Positions 29,990 through 40,357 of a stretch of 64,000 nt of DNA are shown piece after piece; the first letter of the stretch is position 1, and each line of letters begins with the position of its first letter. Both the position numbers and the translations under genes were made by a program. This DNA is from Azospirillaceae bacterium (GTDB lineage Bacteria; Pseudomonadota; Alphaproteobacteria; Azospirillales; Azospirillaceae): positions 10,282 to 74,281 of the forward strand of contig JARLIO010000084.1 of the NCBI GenBank assembly GCA_031291675.1. The letters are read 5' to 3'. The notes beneath the pieces were generated by a model that ran no database searches, was not told the DNA's origin, and saw nothing but the letters and a program-made list of their open reading frames with translations.

Positions 29990-30007
29990 TTGTGGCATTT
30001 CCGTCAC
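29990..30007. promoter_or_regulatory. Motif shared with the porin 1 upstream region
   Basis: TTGTGGCATTTCCGTCAC, about 126 bp before the ATG; the porin 1 copy is about 118 bp before its ATG. Confidence 0.4.
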
Positions 30008-30132
30008 CCTGTTTCATCAAGCTTCCTCGGTCGGTTTTTTACAGTTCAGCTTCGCTCCCGATCGCATTATCACTGATGCCGAGGCGGGTCCTGGCCGCAT
30101 AGGCGATTTTAAATTAGAGGATGGAGGTTCTC

Positions 30133-31341
30133 ATGAAAAAGAATCATCTGTTAGCAGGTTGCTCGGTTTTGGCGTTGGCGGTTCTGGCAGCGAGCCCGGC
30201 GTCGGCCCAGTTCGTCGTGAAGCTCGGCGGCAATTATGATTTTTTTGCCGGCTATATCGGTCAGTCGAACGATAAGGGCAAGCGCACCACCGAGTTCAAC
30301 AACCGGTTTCGTTTGACCGTCGATGCCTCGAACAAGGCCGACAATGGTCTCGAATACGGTGTCCATCTGCGTCTGCGCACGGTTTCCAACAGCAGCGGTG
30401 GGTCGGTCGTCGATTATGATCGTGCCTATTCGTTCGCGCAGGGTGCCTTCGGTCTCGTTCAGTTGGGCGATCTGACCGGCCCGGGCGACACGCAGCGCAC
30501 CGGTGTCCTCGATTGGGGCACGGGCGCCGCGACCGACGGCTGGGTCGACAACTGGATCCCCAGCTCGACCTTCCTGGACGTCCGGACCCCGATGTCGGGT
30601 GATACCTCGTCGCGTATCAACTACTATACGCCGCGGATTGCTGGTGTTCAGGTCGGCCTCAGCTACATGCCCAAGGGTCATGGTGGTGAAGACTTCGCCC
30701 ATGTCGCGGGCAGCGGCGGCAGCAACGGCACCGATCTCAACCTGAGCAAGCGCAACAGCACCGCCAGCAACGTCCAGGACATTTACGAAATCGGCTTCGG
30801 CTATGTCGGTGCTGCGGGTCCGGTCACGATCAACCTGAACGGCGAATACGAAGGCGGCAACATCTATGGCACGGGCGTTGGTGGCGTGCCCACGGGTTCG
30901 TCGTTGCGGCCGTTGTCGGCCTACCAGGCCGGCGGCAAGATCAGCTATGCCGGGTTGGATCTTGGCGGTGACTTTGTCTATGCCGGCAAGAGCGGTTATG
31001 CCCGCAATCCGGGGGCGACCAACAGCGGCCTCGACAGCCAGTTGACCTATGACGTGGGTCTGCAGTACACGACCGGCCCGATCCTGGTTGGCATCAACTA
31101 TGCCTATGGTCAGGGCGGTGGTGCGGTCGAGCAGGGCGGGAGCTATTCGGTCGGCGGACATCGTAATACCAAACTGTATTCGGCTGGTGCGACCTACACC
31201 ATCGCGCCCGGCTTCACCGCCGGCATCGAATACGATTACTTCAAGATCCACTACACCGATGCGGCCCAGGTTGCGACGGCGACCGACAGCCCGAACGATC
31301 GTGGCAGCGTCGTCATACTGACGACCGGCGTCTCGTTCTAA
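30133..31341 (+). CDS. Outer-membrane porin, paralog 2
   Basis: Signal peptide ending SPASA-Q, motif KADNGLEYGVHLRL, C-terminal Phe; clearly homologous to porin 1. Confidence 0.9.
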   Translation: MKKNHLLAGCSVLALAVLAASPASAQFVVKLGGNYDFFAGYIGQSNDKGKRTTEFNNRFRLTVDASNKADNGLEYGVHLRLRTVSNSSGGSVVDYDRAYSFAQGAFGLVQLGDLTGPGDTQRTGVLDWGTGAATDGWVDNWIPSSTFLDVRTPMSGDTSSRINYYTPRIAGVQVGLSYMPKGHGGEDFAHVAGSGGSNGTDLNLSKRNSTASNVQDIYEIGFGYVGAAGPVTINLNGEYEGGNIYGTGVGGVPTGSSLRPLSAYQAGGKISYAGLDLGGDFVYAGKSGYARNPGATNSGLDSQLTYDVGLQYTTGPILVGINYAYGQGGGAVEQGGSYSVGGHRNTKLYSAGATYTIAPGFTAGIEYDYFKIHYTDAAQVATATDSPNDRGSVVILTTGVSF

Positions 31342-31387
31342 GCAGAATTTCGTGACACCGGCCCTGTGCCGGTGTCGGGAAGTTTCG

Positions 31388-31421
31388 ACGGCGGCACCGA
31401 AAGGTGCCGCCGTTTTCTTTT
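31388..31421 (+). terminator. Intrinsic terminator after porin 2
   Basis: Stem ACGGCGGCACC-GAAA-GGTGCCGCCGT followed by TTTCTTTT. Confidence 0.88.
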
Positions 31422-31514
31422 GATCATGCCGCGCAATCGGTCTATCGGAAATGCGCACTGTCGTGCCGTCACGACCAGTCGACATTCGCTATATTGCTGC
31501 GTCGAGGTTCTGAA

Positions 31515-32204
31515 ATGTCCGAGTCTGTGTCGCCGATTGCTGCCGCCTTGAAAGAGATCCGGGCGCGGATCGCGGTGTCGGCCGCCGCGGTCGATCGCGA
31601 CCCGGCCACCGTGACCCTGGTTGCCGTCAGCAAGACCCATCCGCTCGAGACGGCGCGTCTGGCGCTGCAGGCGGGTCAGCGTGTGTTCGGTGAAAACCGG
31701 GTGCAGGAAGCCAAAGCGAAATGGCCCGCTTTGCGCAGCGAATTTCCGGATCTGGTGTTGCACCTGATCGGCCCGTTGCAGACCAACAAGGTCAGGGAGG
31801 CGCTGGCCTTGTTCGACGTCATCGAAACCCTGGACCGACCGCGTCTGGCCGAGGCGATCGCCGACGAACAGGCGCGGTCGGGTCACCGGCCGCGGCTGCT
31901 GGTCCAGGTCAATACCGGTGATGAGCCGCAGAAGGCCGGGCTGTCACCGGTCGACGTCCCGGATTTTCTCGCGGCCTGCCGGGATCAGTGGCGGCTGTCG
32001 ATCGCCGGTCTGATGTGCATCCCGCCGGTTGACGAGGAGCCGGCCCTGCATTTCGCCTTGCTGGCGGACCTCGCCCGGCGGCACGGCCTGGCGCAGCTGA
32101 GCATGGGGATGAGCGGCGACTTCGAAACGGCGGTTCGCTTCGGGGCGACGCATGTCCGGGTGGGCACCGCGATTTTCGGGGCCAGACCGGCGACGCCGGA
32201 TTGA
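31515..32204 (+). CDS. yggS: PLP homeostasis protein YggS
   Basis: Motifs LVAVSKT, FGENRVQEA, HLIGPLQTNK, LSMGMSGD and RVGTAIFG. Confidence 0.95.
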   Translation: MSESVSPIAAALKEIRARIAVSAAAVDRDPATVTLVAVSKTHPLETARLALQAGQRVFGENRVQEAKAKWPALRSEFPDLVLHLIGPLQTNKVREALALFDVIETLDRPRLAEAIADEQARSGHRPRLLVQVNTGDEPQKAGLSPVDVPDFLAACRDQWRLSIAGLMCIPPVDEEPALHFALLADLARRHGLAQLSMGMSGDFETAVRFGATHVRVGTAIFGARPATPD

Positions 32205-32238
32205 GGGCGCGGCATCCCTCAATCCCTTGCGGGCGATA

Positions 32239-32742
32239 TCAGGTCGCGCTGATACAGATTTCCATCCCGGGGCCGCAGAATTCCAGCAGGGCCAGCAGGT
32301 CGGCACGCGTGAGCGCAATGCAACCGGCTGTGGGTTCGTAGTCGCCCCGGGCGATATGGAGGAAGATCGCGCTGCCGCGGCCGGCCACGACCGGAGCGTC
32401 ATTGTGACCGATGACCAGGATGACATCGTAAAGCGAGTCCGCGCGCCACAGCCGTTCATGCGATGCCGCGTAGGGCAGCGGGACCCGACGGTTATAGTTG
32501 GCATCCGCGGGATCGTCGCACCAGCCATCGTCCGGGGTCAAGGCGGCGACCGGCAAAGCGGTGCGGGGTGCGGCGACGCGGTCGGGCCGGTAAAGCACAC
32601 GCCGCAGGGGAAAGCAGCCGGATGGGGTCGCGCCGTCGCCTTCGACCTTGTCGGGGCGAATCCCGTTGCGCCCCGAGGCACAGCGGGTCACGCCGTGGGG
32701 TCCGTGCAGCCAGCCCTGGTGATCGACGCGAATGCCGCTCAT
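32239..32742 (-). CDS. L,D-transpeptidase family (YkuD-like) protein
   Basis: Motifs KVEGDGATP, WCDDP..YN and GSAIFLH...PTAGC. Confidence 0.85.
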   Translation of the reverse strand: MSGIRVDHQGWLHGPHGVTRCASGRNGIRPDKVEGDGATPSGCFPLRRVLYRPDRVAAPRTALPVAALTPDDGWCDDPADANYNRRVPLPYAASHERLWRADSLYDVILVIGHNDAPVVAGRGSAIFLHIARGDYEPTAGCIALTRADLLALLEFCGPGMEICISAT

Positions 32743-32811
32743 CGGGATCCTCCGATTCGCGTCCTGTCCGGAATGGTTCGACTCGATCCCCGCGGCCGAT
32801 GGGTGCGGCGG

Positions 32812-34182
<1,371 letters not shown>

Positions 34183-34315
34183 GGCCTCGGTCTCCGGCAA
34201 CGGCGGATGATCCGGCGTTGTGGATAGACAGATGCATTGATCATGCCAAGAACGGTGGTGCCAGACTCGGACGGCGCCGGACGCGAAAGCCGGCGATCCT
34301 TGTTGCGCGCCGGGG

Positions 34316-35464
34316 TCAGAACAGATGACCGGCGCGTTCCGCCTTGGTGCGCAGATAGGCCTCGTTATGGCCATTGCTGGGGAAAATATGCGGAACCCGC
34401 TCAACGACGTCGATGCCGCACCGGGCCAGTTGGCGCAGCTTGTCGGGATTGTTGGTCAGGAGCCGGACCTTCTGAAAGCCCAGCAGGCGCAGCATTTCCG
34501 CGGCCGGTAGATAAAGCCGCTCGTCGGCGTCAAAGCCGAGCATGACATTGGCGTCAATGGTATCGGCCCCGTCATCCTGCAGCCGATAGGCGCGCAGCTT
34601 GTTGATCAGACCGATGCCGCGGCCTTCCTGGGCCAGGTAGAGCAGGATCCCCTGGCCATGTTCGATGATTTCGTCGATGGCACCGCGCAATTGTGCCCCG
34701 CAATCGCAGCGCAACGACCCCAGCAGATCCCCGGTGAAGCACTCGGAATGCAGGCGGGTCAGCACGATCTGGCCCGGGGCCGGATCGCCGATGATGATCG
34801 CCAAATGTTCCAGCCCGCCGTCGCTGGGTCGAAAGGCGATGAGCCGGGTGGTTTCGGCGCGATCGAGCGGGACCACCGCCTCGACGACGCGCAGCAGGCT
34901 GCGGGCCGACAGGCTGTGATAGTGCGCGATGTCGCCGGCCTTGACCCGCAGCAGGTCATGGCATTGCGCGAACGCCGCCAATGCCGGTCCCTGATTGCCC
35001 AGCGGGTCGGGCAGGGGGGCCACCAGCATCGCGGGCAACAGCTGGGCCAGCTTGGCCAGCTGAACGGCGGCGGCCTCCGGCTCGGTCGCCGGCTCGATTC
35101 TCAGGAGTTCGCGATCCGCGGGCACCAGGGGGGCGCCGCGGGTCGGGTCGACCAGGTCGCGAATCCGCTCGATCGTCAAAGGTCCGCGCAGGCCGATCAC
35201 GCCGTCTCCGGTCCCGGCAAAACCGATCACCGCCGCGCGGCGCCGCGACAGCACCAGAACCGGCGGGGTCTCGGCCAGGAATTCCAGGCGGGCCAGACTC
35301 TCGGCCGTCACGCCCTCCGCCGGTTGCGCCAGCGTCACGGCGTGATCGGGCGTTTCGACGATTACCGGGTCGCCGCGCCGCAGCTCCCCAAAGGCCCGGT
35401 TGACGGCGCGCAACGCCTTGCCGTCAAGGGTATGATCAAGATGATGGGCGGGATGGCTTGACAT
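34316..35464 (-). CDS. ribA: GTP cyclohydrolase II with degenerate N-terminal RibB-like domain
   Basis: Motifs RLHSECFTGDLLGSLRCDCG, QEGRGIGL and LLTNNPDK. Confidence 0.93.
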   Translation of the reverse strand: MSSHPAHHLDHTLDGKALRAVNRAFGELRRGDPVIVETPDHAVTLAQPAEGVTAESLARLEFLAETPPVLVLSRRRAAVIGFAGTGDGVIGLRGPLTIERIRDLVDPTRGAPLVPADRELLRIEPATEPEAAAVQLAKLAQLLPAMLVAPLPDPLGNQGPALAAFAQCHDLLRVKAGDIAHYHSLSARSLLRVVEAVVPLDRAETTRLIAFRPSDGGLEHLAIIIGDPAPGQIVLTRLHSECFTGDLLGSLRCDCGAQLRGAIDEIIEHGQGILLYLAQEGRGIGLINKLRAYRLQDDGADTIDANVMLGFDADERLYLPAAEMLRLLGFQKVRLLTNNPDKLRQLARCGIDVVERVPHIFPSNGHNEAYLRTKAERAGHLF

Positions 35465-35654
35465 GATGCTGTATTATACCCGTCTTTTCGCGCCGTCGCC
35501 TCTTGAAACGAAAAGAGTGTGCGGCGACGTGTCGGCGGGGCCTGGTGTGCCGCCGCGGTTTGGCGGATCGCGGCAATCGCTTGAAATTATTGCGGCCTTG
35601 ACCCCATCCTGGCACGGTGTCGCGCGCGCGGTGACGCAGCCGGGACGGAGAACC

Positions 35655-36344
35655 ATGCCCTTCGAGAAGCGGATTCTTTTGGTTGATGACGACGAGGCTT
35701 TGCGCCAGTCCCTCGTTGAACAGCTGCGCCTGTTGCAGGAATTTCATGTCGTGGAGGCGGGCGATGCGGCCGGCGCGCTGCTGGCCACGCGCGACGACTA
35801 TTTCGACGCGATCCTGTTGGATGTCGGGTTGCCCGATCAGGATGGCCGTGTGCTGTGCCAGTCGCTGCGCAGCGCCGGGATCCGCTGCCCGATCATCATG
35901 CTGACGGCCGCCGCCAGCGATGCCGATACCGTCCAGGGGCTTGAGTCCGGCGCCAACGATTATATCGCCAAGCCGTTTCGACTGGCGGTTCTGGTGGCGC
36001 GGCTGCGGGCGCAATTGCGCCAGTTCGAGCAAAGCGATGACGCGGCATTCCCCATCGGCCGGTTCAGTTTCCGTCCCGCGGCCAAACTGCTGCTGGACCA
36101 GGGCGCCAATTCCAAGATCCATCTGACCGAAAAAGAAACGGCGATTCTGAAGTATCTCTATCGGGCCGGCAAGAAAACGGTGGGCCGCGACACCTTGCTG
36201 GGTGAGGTCTGGGGTTATAATGCCGGGGTGACGACGCATACGCTTGAAACGCATATCTATCGTCTGCGGCAGAAAATCGAGAATAATCCGGCGAATGCCG
36301 AGATCCTGGTGACCGAGGTCGGCGGATATCGTCTGGTTCCGTAA
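35655..36344 (+). CDS. cenR: OmpR-family response regulator, probable CenR/OtpR envelope regulator
   Basis: Receiver domain plus wHTH with LTEKETAILKYLYRAG...VWGYNAGVTTHTLETHIYRLRQKIE, which matches CenR as I recall it; synteny with L,D-transpeptidase, ribA and xth. Confidence 0.75.
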   Translation: MPFEKRILLVDDDEALRQSLVEQLRLLQEFHVVEAGDAAGALLATRDDYFDAILLDVGLPDQDGRVLCQSLRSAGIRCPIIMLTAAASDADTVQGLESGANDYIAKPFRLAVLVARLRAQLRQFEQSDDAAFPIGRFSFRPAAKLLLDQGANSKIHLTEKETAILKYLYRAGKKTVGRDTLLGEVWGYNAGVTTHTLETHIYRLRQKIENNPANAEILVTEVGGYRLVP

Positions 36345-36491
36345 CGTCGATCGTCGCGATGGGTGGCGGGCGCGGCGTTCGTGCCGTGCCGTGGCCGGTT
36401 CCTCGCAACGCGCGGTGAATTCTCTCGACTTGCGCCCGGGTGCGCGCGACAGTGTTGCCGATCAAGGGGATTGGCTAGACGGGTAAAACCG

Positions 36492-37325
36492 GTGAACAGT
36501 ACCGGCGGCTTGACAGCGCGTTTCTGGGGCGTTCGCGGCAGCATAGCGGCGCCGGGGCCCGATACCGTGCGCTATGGCGGCAATACCCCGTGCATCGAGA
36601 TGCGCGCGGCGGGTCGGCTCCTGATTTTCGACGCCGGCACCGGCATCCGGCTGTTGGGGCTGTCCTTGAAGAGCTGCGACGCGCTCGACATGGATCTGTT
36701 CCTGACCCATACCCATTTTGATCACATTACGGGTCTGCCCTTTTTTGCACCGATCTTTGATCCGCGCCATCGAATCCGACTCTGGTCCGGGCATCTGCCG
36801 ACCCACCATGGGCTGGAGGCGGTGCTGCGCGACATGATGAAGGCGCCCCTGTTTCCGGTTCCACCCACGGTGTTCCGGGCGACGGTCGAGTTTCGCGATT
36901 TCCATTGCGGAACTTCGTGGCAGGTGGCGCCGGATATCACGATCCGGACCGGGCGTCTCAATCACCCCGACGGCGCCTGTGGCTATCGCGTTGAGTTTGG
37001 TGGCCACAGCATTTGCCTGATCACCGATACCGAGCACCTCCCGGGGCGGCGCGATCCGGCGGTGGTCGAGCTGGCGCGCGGGGCCGATATCATGATCTAC
37101 GACAGCACCTATACCGACGAGGAATATCAGCGCCATGTCGGTTGGGGTCATTCGACTTGGCAGGAGGCGTGCCGTGTTGCCGACGCGGCCGGTGTCGGTC
37201 GTGTCGTCATTTTCCATCATGCACCGGAGCATGACGATGCCTTCCTCGACGCGGTCGCGGCGGCTGCGGATTTCGTCCGCCCGGGCACTCTTGTCGCGCG
37301 CGAAGGCATGGTCCTTACGGCTTAG
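36492..37325 (+). CDS. MBL-fold metallo-hydrolase (RNase Z / phosphodiesterase-like)
   Basis: Motifs FWGVRGS...YGGNTPC, THTHFDHITG, TDTEH, GWGHST and FHHAP; start uncertain. Confidence 0.88.
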   Translation: MNSTGGLTARFWGVRGSIAAPGPDTVRYGGNTPCIEMRAAGRLLIFDAGTGIRLLGLSLKSCDALDMDLFLTHTHFDHITGLPFFAPIFDPRHRIRLWSGHLPTHHGLEAVLRDMMKAPLFPVPPTVFRATVEFRDFHCGTSWQVAPDITIRTGRLNHPDGACGYRVEFGGHSICLITDTEHLPGRRDPAVVELARGADIMIYDSTYTDEEYQRHVGWGHSTWQEACRVADAAGVGRVVIFHHAPEHDDAFLDAVAAAADFVRPGTLVAREGMVLTA

Positions 37326-37334
37326 AGGCGAATC

Positions 37335-38201
37335 ATGCTCCGTCCCCGTCTCCGCCGGCTGGCTTTCGGGCTCACGACCCTGTTCGGGGTTGGCGCGCGC
37401 GGCTATTTCATTCCCTATCGTCATGCCGGTGCGATCGCCCGGCCCGTGCCAGGCCATCCGGCGGTGGCCGCGCTGTTTCGGACGCACCAGGACGGGTTTG
37501 CCGCGGTGTTGGCCGCGATCGATGGTTTTACCTCCGAGCTTCTGGCGCTGAAAGGGCCGGCACCGGAGCCGCGCTGGGACCAGGACTGGTTTCCCCGCCT
37601 CGACGCGGCAGCGGCCTATGCCATGGTCCGGACCCGCCGGCCGCAGCGCATCGTCGAGATCGGATCCGGCCATTCCACCCGGTTTCTCAGCCGGGCGATC
37701 CGGGATGGCGGGATCGCGTGCCGGTTGGTGGCGATCGATCCCGCCCCCCGCGCCATCATTTCCGCGCTGCCGATCACGGCCCTGGCCCAGACCGTCCAGG
37801 CGGCGGGCTGGGCGCCGTTCGCCGATCTGATGCCGGGCGACATCGTGTTCATTGATTCCAGCCACATCTTGATGCCGGGCAGCGATGTCGACCTGCTGTT
37901 CGGTGAAATCCTGCCACGCCTGCCGGCCGGAATTCTGGTCCACATTCACGACATGATGCTTCCCGATCCTTATCCGCCGGTCTGGGCGTGGCGCGGCTAT
38001 AACGAGCAGCCGCTGGTCGCCGCGATCCTGGGCGGTGGCGGTTGGAAGCCCTTGTTTGCCAGCCACTATGTCGCAACGCGGCTGGATCACCTGGTCAAGC
38101 GCACCGTGATCGACCGGCTGCCGCTACGCCCGGGGGCGTTCGAGGCCAGCCTGTGGCTCGAGAAGCAGGCGCCGGCCCTGGCCGCCGCGGGGTGCGATTA
38201 G
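37335..38201 (+). CDS. Class I SAM-dependent methyltransferase (Methyltransf_24-like)
   Basis: Motifs IVEIGSGHST, FIDSSH, VHIHD and YNEQ. Confidence 0.82.
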   Translation: MLRPRLRRLAFGLTTLFGVGARGYFIPYRHAGAIARPVPGHPAVAALFRTHQDGFAAVLAAIDGFTSELLALKGPAPEPRWDQDWFPRLDAAAAYAMVRTRRPQRIVEIGSGHSTRFLSRAIRDGGIACRLVAIDPAPRAIISALPITALAQTVQAAGWAPFADLMPGDIVFIDSSHILMPGSDVDLLFGEILPRLPAGILVHIHDMMLPDPYPPVWAWRGYNEQPLVAAILGGGGWKPLFASHYVATRLDHLVKRTVIDRLPLRPGAFEASLWLEKQAPALAAAGCD

Positions 38202-39361
38202 CGATTGGGATCCGCGGCGTCGCGCAAGCCATCGCCCAGGAAATTGAAGGCCAGAACGGTCAGAATCACCGGGATGACGGGCAGCAGCAGCCAGGGATAG
38301 AGCGCCACGACATTGATATTCTGCGCCTGGTTCAGCAATACGCCCCAACTGGTGATCGGCGGCCGCAATCCCAGGCCGAGGAATGACAGCGCGGTCTCAC
38401 CCAGGATCATGTGAGGCACCGAAAGCGTGGCCGATGCGATCAGATGGCTGGCGAAGTTGGGCAGCAGGTGACGGACGACAATCCGCCGTGGTGACGCGCC
38501 CATCAACTGCGCGGCCAGGCAAAAATCCTCTTCGCGCAACGCCAGCAGTTTCGAGCGCACCGCCCGGGCGAGACCGGTCCAATCCAGCAGCCCCAGAATC
38601 AGGGTGATGCCAAAATAAATCAGGATCGGCGACCAACGCACCGGCAAGGCCGCCGATAGCGCCATCCACAACGGGATCTCGGGAAAACAGCGCAGGATCT
38701 CGATCAGCCGTTGGCTGAGGCTGTCAACCCAGCCGCCATAATAACCGGCGGCGCCCCCGATGGTAATGCCCAGCACGAAGCTGATGGTGATGCCGATCAG
38801 ACCGACGGTGAGGGAAATCCGTGTGCCGTAGATGATGCGGCTCAGCATGTCACGCCCCAGCCGGTCGGTGCCCAGCAAAAACAGGGTGCCGTCGGGTGCC
38901 GGGCAGACCAGATGCCAGTCGCTGTCGACCAATCCCCAGAAGCGATAGCTGTCGCCATGGCACAGGAAGCGGATCGGTTCGATCAGCGTCGTATCGGGGT
39001 GATAGACGCGCCGCAATGTGCCCATGTTGAGATGGTATTCGTAGCCATAAACGAAGGGCCCGACCCATTGGCCCTCGTGCCACAGGTGAACCGCCTGTGG
39101 TGGCGCATAGAGGGCATGGACATTGCGGCTGTCGCTGCCATAGGGGGCGAGAAACTCGGAAATCAGGATGCTGACATAGAACAGGGCCAGCACGCCGGCC
39201 GAGATCACGGCCAGCCGGTGCCGGCACAGTCGCCACCAGAAAATCCGACCGGGCGAGGCGCGGTACCATCGCTCCTGCGCGGCGGTCATCACCGGTTTCA
39301 GGTCAGGGTCGAACGGTTCGGTCGAGACCGTGTGCGGCAGGGTTTCCGGGGAGGGGATCAT
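38198..39361 (-). CDS. Opp/Dpp-type ABC importer permease (OppC-like)
   Basis: Motifs LGTDRLGRDMLSRI, AAQLMGAS...RHLLPN and FNFLGDGLRDAADP. Confidence 0.93.
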   Translation of the reverse strand: MIPSPETLPHTVSTEPFDPDLKPVMTAAQERWYRASPGRIFWWRLCRHRLAVISAGVLALFYVSILISEFLAPYGSDSRNVHALYAPPQAVHLWHEGQWVGPFVYGYEYHLNMGTLRRVYHPDTTLIEPIRFLCHGDSYRFWGLVDSDWHLVCPAPDGTLFLLGTDRLGRDMLSRIIYGTRISLTVGLIGITISFVLGITIGGAAGYYGGWVDSLSQRLIEILRCFPEIPLWMALSAALPVRWSPILIYFGITLILGLLDWTGLARAVRSKLLALREEDFCLAAQLMGASPRRIVVRHLLPNFASHLIASATLSVPHMILGETALSFLGLGLRPPITSWGVLLNQAQNINVVALYPWLLLPVIPVILTVLAFNFLGDGLRDAADPNR

Positions 39362-40356
39362 CGCCGCACGCCGCCACCGAGTCTGATCCGCGGGTCGAGC
39401 AGGGCCAGGGCGATATCGGACAGGAAAACGCCCACGACGGTCAGTACGGCCATGAACATCAGGAAGGATCCGGCGAGATACATGTCCTGGCTGCGCAGGG
39501 CGTCAAGCAGCATCGGGCCCTCGGTTGGCAGGGAGAGCACGATCGAGACCACGGCGGCGCCGGATATGATCTGCGGCAGGATCGCGCCAATATCGGCGAT
39601 GAAGGGATTGAGCGCCAGCCGCAAGGGATATTTGATCAGCAGGCGGGTCGGCGACAGCCCCTTGGCGCGGGCGGTCACGACATATTGCTTGTTGAGTTCG
39701 TCCATCAGGTTGGCACGCAGCCGGCGGATCATGCCGGCGGTCCCCGACGATCCGATCACGATCACCGGCAGCCACAGATGGCTCAGGATCGAGAGCACCT
39801 TGCCCCAGCTCCACGGGGCATCCTGGTAGGCCGGCGCCATCAGGCCGCCGATCGGCAATCCGAACAGGACATTGGCGAGATAGAGCAGGACCAGGGCGAA
39901 CAGGAAGCTGGGTGTCGCCAGGCCCAGGAATCCGATCAGGGTCAAGGTGTAATCGCCCCAGCTATAGGGGTGGGTGGCCGAATAGATCGCGATCGGAAAG
40001 CTGACCAGCCAGATGAACAACACGGTGGCACCGCTGACGATGACGGTCAGCAGCAAGCGATCGCCGACGACATCGCGAACCGGCATGCCATATTCGAACG
40101 ACCAGCCGAAGTCACCGTGGGCCAGACCGGCGATCCAGTGGCCGTAGCGTTCGACCGGCGACTGGTCGAGGCCATAGGTCTCGCGCAGGAAATGCAGGCG
40201 CCCTTGATCGATGCTCTCACCACGGGCTTGCAGCTCTGCAACCATTGTTGACAGATAATCGCCCGGCGGCAGCTGAATGATCGTGAAGATAATGACGCTG
40301 ATGACCAACAGAGTCGGGATCATGATCAGAATGCGTCGGACCAGATAGCTGATCAT
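39358..40356 (-). CDS. Opp/Dpp-type ABC importer permease (OppB-like)
   Basis: Motifs LPPGD, GDFGWS, YVVTARAKGL and LLDPRIR. Confidence 0.93.
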   Translation of the reverse strand: MISYLVRRILIMIPTLLVISVIIFTIIQLPPGDYLSTMVAELQARGESIDQGRLHFLRETYGLDQSPVERYGHWIAGLAHGDFGWSFEYGMPVRDVVGDRLLLTVIVSGATVLFIWLVSFPIAIYSATHPYSWGDYTLTLIGFLGLATPSFLFALVLLYLANVLFGLPIGGLMAPAYQDAPWSWGKVLSILSHLWLPVIVIGSSGTAGMIRRLRANLMDELNKQYVVTARAKGLSPTRLLIKYPLRLALNPFIADIGAILPQIISGAAVVSIVLSLPTEGPMLLDALRSQDMYLAGSFLMFMAVLTVVGVFLSDIALALLDPRIRLGGGVRR

Positions 40357-40357
40357 G

